From an uncultured Candidatus Peribacteria bacterium (GTDB lineage: Bacteria > Patescibacteriota > Gracilibacteria > Peribacterales > Peribacteraceae): DNA of 39,021 nucleotides. Position 1 is the stretch's first letter. Each line of letters begins with the position of its first letter. Below are positions 15,124-23,823 of this stretch, in pieces. The translations under genes and the position numbers were made by a program. Where the stretch lies: NCBI GenBank assembly GCA_964404805.1, contig CAYOLJ010000001.1, positions 2,172 through 41,192 on the forward strand. Direction: 5' to 3'. Under the pieces are notes generated by a model that saw only the letters and a list, made by a program, of their open reading frames with translations, was not told where the DNA came from and searched no databases.

Positions 15124-16418
15124 ATTAGTCGTATCTTACCTGTTAATAGCACCTGCATCATACCCTGCTTTAGCATGTCGTATTTATCACGCTTTTTCTC
15201 TAAGCTCTCAATCTCTACGTCCATATTGGAGAGAATCGTGGCGATGGCAATTTGTTCAAGTATTGAAGAGGGAAGCAAAAGCTTGAAGATCTCTACATCC
15301 CTAATATTGAGTCCAGGCTGTGCAGCCCCCTTGAGATAAAGAGAAACTTGGCACTTTCCTATGTCGCTTAGAAGCGCATACTTGCAATAGGAACTAGATG
15401 CCTTATCTGGATCGATCGCGATCCTTGCTGTTGTTTGAGTTAGATTTGCACCTTCAAGCCATTCTGGAATGACTTCAACATAGCCGCAGTATCCAACAAT
15501 GGTCATAATCAAATCTCCTGCCTTTACCCTAGCATTACGATACCGGTCTTCAATTATTGGACTTACTCGGAATAATTCATAAGGCTTAGCCCAACCCTTA
15601 ACCTCAGAGTAATCTTGACCTCTAATCATATATCGCCCATTAGGATCAAACTTTCCTGGTTGAACAATCCCGTAGCGGATACTCCTAGATGGATCTACGA
15701 GGCTTGCAAGCGGAGTAATACTCCAATCATCTGGGATATCGCCTAATTCAGTCCGTTTAAATCCCTTTATTTCATCAAACCCCGGCAACCTCTTTTTACC
15801 AGTGAGGAGCTGCTGCATCGTGCCTTGTTTGATGGCTTTCTTTTTGGCGATTAGTTTCTCCAAGTGTTCTATCAGCGCATCGGTGTCGGAGAGGACGGCG
15901 GCGATGGCGGATTGCTGGGCTTTAGTCAAAGGTAATGGCAATAAGATTGATTTAATAATTTCGCCACTAAGGTTCGGCTGACCTCCTTGCGTATAAGTCT
16001 GAATAAGCCAATTTTTCTTATATATAAAATATTGGTATAAATAAATTGGGTCTTCATTTTTTGGTATCAAAGCCAGAATTGCCTGGTTAATTGCCCCTTC
16101 GATTCTTGTGAAGCCAGCCACACCTGCAGTAGCACCGTAAAGTGCAAGTAAAAATGTATTCGATTTTACTATTTTTGCAGATGAGTTTTCGAGACCCTTT
16201 TTTGTAATTCGACCGTTAACTGCATTAATTATTCCCATGTTTAAATCGCTTGATGTAATCCACGGGATATTACCGCCATAGTAAGAAGGGTTAGAAGTTG
16301 AAGGCGTGCCACCAGAGTATGCAACACAAATATCCCCCAATTTTTTTACATCCCAATCCTGTGGAATTACTCCTAGATCGGTTTGTTTGTAGCCGGTTTT
16401 GATCGGTGCAATTCCCAT
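15120..16418 (-). CDS. hsdS: Type I R-M specificity subunit
   Basis: 432 aa with two target-recognition halves. These are separated by and end in the conserved helices (LPLPLTKAQQSAIAAVLSDTDALIEHLEKLIAKKKAIKQGTMQQLLTGK; ...LEKKRDKYDMLKQGMMQVLLTGKIRL). Confidence 0.9.
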   Translation of the reverse strand: MGIAPIKTGYKQTDLGVIPQDWDVKKLGDICVAYSGGTPSTSNPSYYGGNIPWITSSDLNMGIINAVNGRITKKGLENSSAKIVKSNTFLLALYGATAGVAGFTRIEGAINQAILALIPKNEDPIYLYQYFIYKKNWLIQTYTQGGQPNLSGEIIKSILLPLPLTKAQQSAIAAVLSDTDALIEHLEKLIAKKKAIKQGTMQQLLTGKKRLPGFDEIKGFKRTELGDIPDDWSITPLASLVDPSRSIRYGIVQPGKFDPNGRYMIRGQDYSEVKGWAKPYELFRVSPIIEDRYRNARVKAGDLIMTIVGYCGYVEVIPEWLEGANLTQTTARIAIDPDKASSSYCKYALLSDIGKCQVSLYLKGAAQPGLNIRDVEIFKLLLPSSILEQIAIATILSNMDVEIESLEKKRDKYDMLKQGMMQVLLTGKIRLI

Positions 16419-16972
16419 TAGCCTTGACGTGATAAAAATATTTCAACCAGCGGGCGCAGTGTTTTATATCCATTTTCAATGAGTAACTGATCTCTCTCAT
16501 CTTGTGGGTTCTTTCCGCCATGAAAGAGGTTATTCCGAACTGAATGCCAAAACTCCACCATATTTTCCCAGTCACCTAAACCGTGAATTACACCTTTTGC
16601 TGTCTGTTGCTCTCCTTGCACCTGATCGCCAAGATGATCACTTGAGCAATTCCACCATTTTATCTCCTCCGCTTCGTCACCACTACAACTGACATTTACA
16701 AGAGAAGTGCTGTCCAATTCCTCGGTAATCTTTTCCCAAGCCTCACGAAGATTCGGTGCATCATTAACCTTTTTTAGATATGCTTTCTTGAAAGTATTAT
16801 CTTGTTTCAGATGTTGAATTGCACGACGATCAGTTTCTGCATCTATATATTTAATCTTTTTCAAGAATGCAATAAATGCCAGGTACTCAAAAACATACTT
16901 AGAAAAATAATCCTCGTCTGAAGCTTTGGTATGCCAGTTTTGAATTAGCTGAAGGAAATTCATAGTATTCAC
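16418..16972 (-). CDS. HEPN-like protein (R-x4-H motif) embedded between hsdM and hsdS
   Basis: The 184-aa all-helical-looking ORF carries FWHSVRNNLFHGGKN near its C-terminus (RNNLFH encoded at 16520-16537). It overlaps the hsdS start by 1 nt (TAATG). It either overlaps the hsdM stop or lies 5 nt or less from it. Confidence 0.55.
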   Translation of the reverse strand: MNTMNFLQLIQNWHTKASDEDYFSKYVFEYLAFIAFLKKIKYIDAETDRRAIQHLKQDNTFKKAYLKKVNDAPNLREAWEKITEELDSTSLVNVSCSGDEAEEIKWWNCSSDHLGDQVQGEQQTAKGVIHGLGDWENMVEFWHSVRNNLFHGGKNPQDERDQLLIENGYKTLRPLVEIFLSRQG

Positions 16973-19344
16973 CAGTGAAAGCCCATCTTGGCTAAATGTT
17001 CATCCACTTTTTTACTGAGCGTCTCTGTTTCAGTGACGAGTGTTGGTAGGGGCGTAGCGTACCGCTCCGCGAGTTCTTTGATCCGTTGCGTGAGCCGCTG
17101 ACTAATGCGATCCATTTCACCCTTGATCGCCAGCTCCAGAGCCGCCATCCATTTGTCATCCACCACCAGAGTCTTGATCTCGGCTTCGGTGAGTGTCGCA
17201 TATTTGGCAATTACCTGCGCTTCAAGTGCCTTCTCGGCTTCTTTGATCTTCTTCTTCGCCTCGGATTCTTCTCCGGAAAGATCGAACCACTTTTGCATGA
17301 CTCTCCATTCCTCGGCATCTTCCGGCTTCCCTTTAGTCTCCTTCATCCGGGATGACACACTCGCTTTGTTCACCTTTTCAAAGCCTGCGAAGTATCCTTC
17401 CTCTCCGCTGTTTTCTTCCTCCAGTTCTTCTATCTCCCGGCTGGCAGTATCCAGTTTGGTTTGTAGTTCTTCTATGGACTGTTTCTCATTGGCGAAGTAG
17501 CGATTGATCACCAGAGCCTTCGGCACAAGGTCGCAGTCCATTTCCCCCTTTTTCCCTTCTACTGGCATCAGCTCTGCCTTCCAGCCGTCAACGGCAATCA
17601 GGTACATGTCGTCCTGCATTGTCTCCGCCCAGTACTCCATCAAATGTTGGTAAATGTCGTACCTGTCGATCAGGTTGGTCTTGCTGAAAGTGGCCAAAAT
17701 ATCCTCGGATACTTCATGGATGATTCCCTTTGGCTTCGCACCAATGGCCAGCTTCTTGAGAAGAACAGTGTTCCTTTCTTTCCATACGGCAAACGTCGCC
17801 TCCATGATCTTAGCGTATGCCGTAAATTCCGGATGCGAGAAGATGGTGTGCTTGATCTCTTCTTGTGCGACTAGAAGAGTGTTGTACCCCTTTCTCTTGC
17901 TCTCTCCGAAGAGTGAAGTCTTGAGTGTCGGGTAGACGCTCCAGTAGCGTTCGAGGTCTTCAACGTCCTGAGTTGGGATATCGCCCTTCAGGTGTGCCTC
18001 AATATCCTGAATGTCCTCAGCTTCCTGACTGTCTATGTAGCGAGGGATATTCAGGTTGAATTCATTCTTTTCAATTTCTACCACACTCACCATGCGTGCA
18101 TACTTGGGGACTTCTAGTTGCTTGTTGAATACGTCCACAATCTTGTGGAGGTCTTGAGCACGCAGTCGGTTCTTGTTGCCGTCCTTCACGAAGCACTTAC
18201 TTGCGTCAATCATGAAGATGCCTTTGCGGTTCTCGGCATTCTCTTTGTCGAGGACGACAATGCATGCAGGGATACTTGTACCGTAAAAGAGGTTCGCTGG
18301 TAGCCCAATAATGCCCTTGATGTAGCCACGCCGGATAATGTTGGTACGGATCTCTCCCTCGGCATTGCCACGGAAGAGCACGCCATGCGGGAGGATGCAG
18401 GCACCTTTTCCTGTGGTTTTAAGAGAGCGGATAATATGCAGAAGAAAGGCGTAGTCACCATTCTTCGTTGGTGGTACGCCAAATCCTTGAAAGCGTTCAA
18501 ATGGATCATGCTGAGGATCAACACCATTGCTCCATGACTTAAATGAAAATGGAGGATTGGCTACCACAAAATCAAAAGTCTTGAGTGAGTCACCGTCTTT
18601 GAAGAGCGGAGTAGAGAGCGTGTTTTCACGCTTGATCACCGCTGTCGCGTTATCGTGGAGAATCATATTCATGCGGGCGAGTCCTGCGGTCGCATTGTCC
18701 ATTTCCTGACCGTAGAGCTGTACCTTCTTGTCGGTTTCATCTCCTACCTTCAAGAGCAATGAGCCAGAGCCACAGGTGGGGTCGTAGACAGTTGGGGTTT
18801 CGTTCTTAGTACTTGCGATACCGATTACTCTTGCGATGATCCTGCTGACCTCTGCCGGAGTGTAGAACTGCCCCTTGCTCTTACCACTCTCCGTCGCGAA
18901 ATTCTTCATCAAATACTCATAGGCATCTCCGAGAATGTCATCTCCTTCGGCACGATTCTGACTGAAATCCAGTGCTGGGTTTTCAAAAATCGCTATGAGA
19001 TTGGAAAGCTTCTTGACCATGTCTGCGCCGCTCCCCAGCTTCTCCGCATTATTGAAGTCCGGCATTTCCGACAGCTTGTTGGCCTCTGCGATCGGTGCGA
19101 TGATTTTCTTGTTGATGTCATCACCTATCGTCGCCTTACCCTTGAGTGCCACCATGTCCTTGAAGCTTGAGCCTTCTGGAATGGTGATGGGAGCGAATGG
19201 CACACCCGCATACTTATCGGATATATATTTTAAGAAGAGTAACACCAGCACATAGTCTTTGTACTGGGATGCGTCCATTCCGCCGCGCAGTTCGTCGCAG
19301 CTTTTCCAGATGGAGCTATAGAGTTGGGATTTTTTGATGGGCAT
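16969..19344 (-). CDS. hsdM: Type I R-M N6-adenine DNA methyltransferase subunit (long form with a coiled-coil C-terminal region)
   Basis: 791 aa. Motif I is YDPTCGSGSLLL and motif IV is VVANPPFSFKSW. Confidence 0.95.
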   Translation of the reverse strand: MPIKKSQLYSSIWKSCDELRGGMDASQYKDYVLVLLFLKYISDKYAGVPFAPITIPEGSSFKDMVALKGKATIGDDINKKIIAPIAEANKLSEMPDFNNAEKLGSGADMVKKLSNLIAIFENPALDFSQNRAEGDDILGDAYEYLMKNFATESGKSKGQFYTPAEVSRIIARVIGIASTKNETPTVYDPTCGSGSLLLKVGDETDKKVQLYGQEMDNATAGLARMNMILHDNATAVIKRENTLSTPLFKDGDSLKTFDFVVANPPFSFKSWSNGVDPQHDPFERFQGFGVPPTKNGDYAFLLHIIRSLKTTGKGACILPHGVLFRGNAEGEIRTNIIRRGYIKGIIGLPANLFYGTSIPACIVVLDKENAENRKGIFMIDASKCFVKDGNKNRLRAQDLHKIVDVFNKQLEVPKYARMVSVVEIEKNEFNLNIPRYIDSQEAEDIQDIEAHLKGDIPTQDVEDLERYWSVYPTLKTSLFGESKRKGYNTLLVAQEEIKHTIFSHPEFTAYAKIMEATFAVWKERNTVLLKKLAIGAKPKGIIHEVSEDILATFSKTNLIDRYDIYQHLMEYWAETMQDDMYLIAVDGWKAELMPVEGKKGEMDCDLVPKALVINRYFANEKQSIEELQTKLDTASREIEELEEENSGEEGYFAGFEKVNKASVSSRMKETKGKPEDAEEWRVMQKWFDLSGEESEAKKKIKEAEKALEAQVIAKYATLTEAEIKTLVVDDKWMAALELAIKGEMDRISQRLTQRIKELAERYATPLPTLVTETETLSKKVDEHLAKMGFHW

Positions 19345-19403
19345 AGTTCATATTCATGTATTTAGTCGAAGTATAGAGTTTGTTTTGAAACTTTGTAGGT
19401 TGT

Positions 19404-20126
19404 TTATGAGATAACTATGCCTTTCTTATCAAGAAAGACACTTATCATTGCTTTATTCGCATTAACCCTCTGCTCAAATTCAGCCCTTTTTCCTGTCTCG
19501 CTACACATTGAAGGTATACCTGTACGACTGACCACATCCTCCAAGCTGGAATCACTTTGATCCATCACCAGACCGTTCCTCGCTTCTATTCCATCAATAG
19601 TATCCCCTTTGTGAATGGGCATATGCTTTCCTGCTGCGCTTAGGATTCGAGAATACAAAACGCTGTGCTGTTCCCCGAACGCAAACGCATACACCTTATT
19701 GCTCCACCAGTCCTCGTGCATCGACAGGAAGAAATCTATTTTCTCGTTCAGCAGGCTCATAAAGAACAACGACTGTTCTGGCTCCAGTTGCAGCGAGCGT
19801 GTCCTGTTTAAATCCTTCCCTGCGTGATTCCTGCGGTTGTTATGCACATAACCCCACGGGTTCAAACATGGGTAGAGCAGTATCCGCACCCCTTCCGATA
19901 CAATACCTTCTTCCAAGAACTGCACGGCAGCCTCTATGGGTGCTGGCTCGTCACCGTGCACTCCTGCTACGACCACCACAGTCTTTTCGTATATCTCTGG
20001 GGATATTACCCTAGGTAGTACAAACTGCTTACAGGGACCAACAGAGCCAAGCTCTTGGTATTTATAGTTCTGTTTCTGACAAGACTCTCTTATCCGTGCC
20101 ACTAATTGGCTATAACTCCTCCTCAT
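19404..20126 (-). CDS. M14-family zinc carboxypeptidase / succinylglutamate desuccinylase-aspartoacylase-like protein
   Basis: Motifs are VAGVHGDEPAP (HxxE), NRRNHAGKDLNR, SMHED and CSETG. The gene is co-directional with hsdM and lies 59 nt upstream of it. Confidence 0.75.
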   Translation of the reverse strand: MRRSYSQLVARIRESCQKQNYKYQELGSVGPCKQFVLPRVISPEIYEKTVVVVAGVHGDEPAPIEAAVQFLEEGIVSEGVRILLYPCLNPWGYVHNNRRNHAGKDLNRTRSLQLEPEQSLFFMSLLNEKIDFFLSMHEDWWSNKVYAFAFGEQHSVLYSRILSAAGKHMPIHKGDTIDGIEARNGLVMDQSDSSLEDVVSRTGIPSMCSETGKRAEFEQRVNANKAMISVFLDKKGIVIS

Positions 20127-20182
20127 GGCGAAAGCTGATAATCACGGAATACCCTTTGTCTTAAATAAAAACTAAGGTCATC

Positions 20183-20210
20183 CGTAAAGTTAATTTTAAT
20201 TAGCTTTACG
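20183..20210. repeat. 28-nt near-perfect palindrome next to the short serine recombinase gene
   Basis: CGTAAAGTTAATT-TT-AATTAGCTTTACG: 13-nt arms with one mismatch around a central TT. It lies 4 nt beyond the recombinase stop. Confidence 0.8.
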
Positions 20211-20214
20211 TTAT

Positions 20215-20955
20215 TCATAGGACTTTGAGGGAAGGATGGTAAAACTCAACTCCTCCATAACTCTGTATCCCTTTATAAAAAGGCGAGTTCGCTATATAGC
20301 GAACGGACATTGCTGAAAAACGGCGAATATCGCTGTAGTTCTTGTTAAGGTGGTCGGCTATGCGCTGATAGGACATTCTTTTGCCATGTCTGGGCTTTCT
20401 GCGGAGTTTGTAAATCTCACGGACAATCGCAAGTTCGTTCTCTACGGGAACATAACCACTGCCGACTGCCTTATAGCCGAAGGCAACATTGCCACCGCTA
20501 TACCCCCTCCCGCTCTCGGCCTTCTTCTTTCGCCCTGCACTGAGGCGGAGTGAAATCATAGCCTTCTCATATTCCGCAATCGCCCCTTTCATCTGACGAA
20601 AAAGAATGCGCGAGGGGTCTTGCGAATCCAAGTCCGGCTCGTCAATGGATATTGGTTGGACGTTGAGCTTCTGAAACTCAAGTAGGAGCTGTTCCTGAAT
20701 CAATAGTGACCTTGATAACCTGTCTAATCGAAGAAATACCACAGCATCTACCTCATGCACCTTAATGTACTCAAATAACTTTCCTAGAGCTGGACGTTTA
20801 GCAAGCGAGCCACTTACACCTTCTTCTCTGAAGATCTGTATGAGAGTGTGCCCTTGATCCTTTGTATATGCTTTGATTTTGTCCGCTTGGATCTGTAAGC
20901 CATAGCCGACTGCCTGTCCTGATGTGCTGATTCTGGAATATCCTACTAACTTCAT
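20215..20955 (-). CDS. Short serine recombinase: resolvase catalytic domain plus the start of a recombinase domain, without zinc ribbon or coiled-coil
   Basis: MKLVGYSRISTSGQ...VVFLRLDRLSRS is followed by GGNVAFGYKAV...ELAIVREIYKL...MSYQRIADHLN...IANSPFYKG. At 246 aa it ends where large serine recombinases continue. Confidence 0.85.
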   Translation of the reverse strand: MKLVGYSRISTSGQAVGYGLQIQADKIKAYTKDQGHTLIQIFREEGVSGSLAKRPALGKLFEYIKVHEVDAVVFLRLDRLSRSLLIQEQLLLEFQKLNVQPISIDEPDLDSQDPSRILFRQMKGAIAEYEKAMISLRLSAGRKKKAESGRGYSGGNVAFGYKAVGSGYVPVENELAIVREIYKLRRKPRHGKRMSYQRIADHLNKNYSDIRRFSAMSVRYIANSPFYKGIQSYGGVEFYHPSLKVL

Positions 20956-21004
20956 AGTGATTTAAATAGAAAAGACCTGCCACGTTACTGACAGGGCTTA
21001 CTTG

Positions 21005-21283
21005 CTAAAAATCCTCCGGCTCCTTGCCGAAGACCGTTTTGTAAACTTCGCAAAGTTGTTTGTACTCTCGTCCTCTATAGGGGTCTGTGTCAGGCTTCTT
21101 CGGGTGCCATCGGTTGAGTGCGAGGCGGAAGGAGCGAAGTACTGCCTTGGAGCAGCAAGGGCTGTTTTCGACCTTCTGCGTTGATGGTATAACCTTTGTA
21201 GGTTGTTGTGATGGCTTTGTTGAACTATTTAGATCTTTATCTTGGAATGCCATTGCTGCTGGCGACTTTGGAATGGAAATCAT
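21005..21283 (-). CDS. Small protein with a J-domain-like C-terminus (HPK in place of HPD)
   Basis: KAVLRSFRLALNRWHPKKPDTDPYRGREYKQLCEVYKTVF aligns by eye with J-domain helices II-III (..AYRKLAxKYHPDK....F..I.EAY.VL). Confidence 0.4.
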   Translation of the reverse strand: MISIPKSPAAMAFQDKDLNSSTKPSQQPTKVIPSTQKVENSPCCSKAVLRSFRLALNRWHPKKPDTDPYRGREYKQLCEVYKTVFGKEPEDF

Positions 21284-21361
21284 AGAAAAGTTGTGAAAGA
21301 AATAAAACTTGTAAGAGCTAATGGTGATTCATGTCATAGAAAAGTTGTGAAAGAAATAAAA
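21280..21361. repeat. Two exact 28-nt direct repeats (21280-21307 and 21334-21361)
   Basis: TCATAGAAAAGTTGTGAAAGAAATAAAA occurs twice, 54 nt apart. On the minus strand the first copy contains the leader and ATG of ORF 21005..21283. Confidence 0.9.
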
Positions 21362-21362
21362 G

Positions 21363-21596
21363 TCATTCTGATGAGCTGTGGCGTTTACGCCAAAGCTTCT
21401 TATGTTGCTGAGAAAGTAAGTAAAAATGCTTTCGCCCTATCTCCAATGCCTTCTTGGTTCTTAGACTTCTTTCTACATCCCCTTTAATCATTTGGATATC
21501 CAGTTGATGATCTAGTCTCCGTAACTCCTCTGCGACCCTCCGTAATTGTTCCAGTAATTCTTTCTCGGCTGCCTTTGGGAGTCCTTCATTATCCAT
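21363..21596 (-). CDS. Small charged helical protein, unknown function
   Basis: The 77-aa ORF is co-directional with its neighbours and has a coiled-coil-like composition (AEKELLEQLRRVAEELRRLDHQL). Confidence 0.4.
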   Translation of the reverse strand: MDNEGLPKAAEKELLEQLRRVAEELRRLDHQLDIQMIKGDVERSLRTKKALEIGRKHFYLLSQQHKKLWRKRHSSSE

Positions 21597-21797
21597 GACG
21601 AAAGGCGTGAACTGCCCAATTCTCGGGGATTCACACTATTGCTAATTTATAAATATATATTATAGGAATAAAACTCAAGATAAAGGCTTACTTTAGAGGA
21701 AAAGTACAGTTTTACTTATCAAAACAGGTGGGGGAGATAGGACAGATCGGACAATTAAATATTGATTACAAAATATTTTCCAATTATGTAATGCACC

Positions 21798-22877
21798 TCA
21801 AAGTTCTTCGAGTGTGTGCATGCCCAATTTCTCAATTGTATGTCCAAATGGCTTATCTGTTTCATGCTTTTTTGGGTCTATTGAATAGTCAAGCTTTCGA
21901 TTCAATGTGTATCCTGAGCTGTCTATTTTCAAAGAAGCAACATTTTTAATAATCAGATGTTCATAGCACAAGCAAAGCTCTTTTGCTGACAAGCTTAGTT
22001 CCAACTTTGTATCAAAATCATCGAATACTTTATCCAAACTTCCCGATTTCTTGAGCCAAGCCAAATCCCATCCTGTTTCCCATTCCTTACGATCATTTGC
22101 TTTCATTGATTGCATTGCCTTCCAAATTGCTGCCATTACAATTCCTGGGCTGGGTGCATGCTCTAGAAGTTCGCGTACGTGTTTAGCCTGCTGCTCATAT
22201 TCGAGAACGCTTTTCCCCATACCCGAATAAAAACTGAGTATTACTAATGCAACGTCGTTGGCACCCATTTTATTAAACGGCGTCTCTGAAAGAAGTAATT
22301 TTCGCAATCTTGCAATCAGGACAGCACTGTTCGGAAGATGCGGAAAGATAGAGTTCAGAAGAATATTTTGTTCAGAAGAGAGTTTGTTTCCGCCTGCATC
22401 AACATCATCTTCTTGTTCTTTCTTCTTGTTAGTCTCTTCTTGTTCTTTCTTCTTGTTATGTTGGGCAGCAGTGATTAGAGGGTCTGAGCCCTCATGGTCA
22501 GAACTATCATCTTCTATGAGAGATGAGTCTGATTCTATGTGAGTCGATGCCGAATCATCAGTAATCATAGGGGTCTTATCACTGGTGATCGGAGGATTCT
22601 TCGGAAATATTTTTCTGTTGTTTCCTGTGCTCTGTAAAACGTCTACCTCTATGTAGCCATAGTCTTTGAGTTGCCTTAGCCAACGTGTAATAGTCGGCTT
22701 TGAACAACCTATCTCTTTTGCCAAATAATTGTTATAAGCCCAGCAGTAACCCTCTTTTCTAGCCAAGGAGAAGATGCGTACAGCGAGACAACGCGCACCT
22801 AGCTGTAAGCGTGTGTCCTCATTAACGAGAAACACCCACTTCATTGTTACCGATAGTTTTGAAGTCTTCTTTTTCAT
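21798..22877 (-). CDS. wHTH replication-initiator / replisome-organizer-like protein
   Basis: The N-terminus LAVRIFSLARKEGYCWAYNNYLAKEIGCSKPTITRWLRQLKDYGYIEV resembles a plasmid/phage initiator-type winged helix. An acidic, low-complexity linker contains an in-frame 24-nt repeat (22408-22431 and 22435-22458) encoding NKKKEQE twice. Confidence 0.65.
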   Translation of the reverse strand: MKKKTSKLSVTMKWVFLVNEDTRLQLGARCLAVRIFSLARKEGYCWAYNNYLAKEIGCSKPTITRWLRQLKDYGYIEVDVLQSTGNNRKIFPKNPPITSDKTPMITDDSASTHIESDSSLIEDDSSDHEGSDPLITAAQHNKKKEQEETNKKKEQEDDVDAGGNKLSSEQNILLNSIFPHLPNSAVLIARLRKLLLSETPFNKMGANDVALVILSFYSGMGKSVLEYEQQAKHVRELLEHAPSPGIVMAAIWKAMQSMKANDRKEWETGWDLAWLKKSGSLDKVFDDFDTKLELSLSAKELCLCYEHLIIKNVASLKIDSSGYTLNRKLDYSIDPKKHETDKPFGHTIEKLGMHTLEEL

Positions 22878-22897
22878 TTTTTAATATATGAAATGAG

Positions 22898-23371
22898 CTA
22901 ATTCCAAACTTCACTAAGAAGCTCCCAAGAATCGGGTCTGATGATGAATTCCTGCACAGCCTCTATAAGAGGCTCAACAAAATGCTCCAATAGCTCGAAG
23001 CCTGTGCCCGTAAAGATCAATTCGCATGTATGCTCTCCTTCCAATATACGTACGTATACAACGTCTTTCCCATCATCGAATACATCAATACAAAGCTCTC
23101 TCTTGGAAGCCAGTACCTCCTCATGGAGATTGCCGCGTATATGTGTGATAACCTTTTTCATTTTCCTCTTAAGCTTCCCTGTAGATGTAGTTTTGCTAAT
23201 CAGAAAGAATAGATCTCCTCCCGATTTAAGCTTGTTAAGCTCAGACTGTACGAGTGCAATAGCCTCCCGCTGGAACAGGATTTTCAGGCGATATTGTTTC
23301 TTACTTCCATGCTTCTTTGATGTTTGCATTACATAATATTGCCGTTGATGTCGTTTTTTCATATCCATGTG
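22898..23371 (-). CDS. Hypothetical protein
   Basis: The ORF is open to 23455. The ATG at 23371 (MDMKKRHQ...) avoids overlap with the upstream gene. No recognisable motif. Confidence 0.5.
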   Translation of the reverse strand, partial: HMDMKKRHQRQYYVMQTSKKHGSKKQYRLKILFQREAIALVQSELNKLKSGGDLFFLISKTTSTGKLKRKMKKVITHIRGNLHEEVLASKRELCIDVFDDGKDVVYVRILEGEHTCELIFTGTGFELLEHFVEPLIEAVQEFIIRPDSWELLSEVWN

Positions 23372-23390
23372 GAAAAGGGTAAAAAAAATA

Positions 23391-23624
23391 TTAATACACG
23401 TCCGAGAAGAGTGCCTTTTTGGCAGTAGCTTGGGCTGAAATAAAGTCCTGAACACTCACATTAGGATTCGACATAAAATCCTGCTTCAATTCATCTGGTA
23501 GCATGTCGGCCTGCAAGACAAAGACTGCCCTGCGAGGCTCACTTCGATTAATTGCAATAATGCGTGCCCCTCGAACAAGCGCATAAGCCACAAGTTGTAA
23601 ATCGCTACTCTCTATCTTTTCCAT
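23391..23624 (-). CDS. Small DUF5659-like protein (tentative)
   Basis: The 77-aa sequence SDLQLVAYALVRGARIIAINRSEPRRAVFVLQAD...VSVQDFISAQATAKKALF fits the pattern I recall for DUF5659. Confidence 0.45.
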   Translation of the reverse strand: MEKIESSDLQLVAYALVRGARIIAINRSEPRRAVFVLQADMLPDELKQDFMSNPNVSVQDFISAQATAKKALFSDVY

Positions 23625-23823
23625 GGTGATTTCGGAATGAAGTAGATTTGTTCTCCTTCGGCAAAGGCTTAATGCCCGCCAGCGCTAGGAAGAGATGCGC
23701 GGCTTGGTCTATGAACAGCTCTTCTTGCCCCTGCTTTTGCATATCAATTTTCATACGAAACAGGTGCACAGTAATACGCATCTGCACAGTGGGAGGACAT
23801 TGATGATGAGCTTTTAATGTCCG

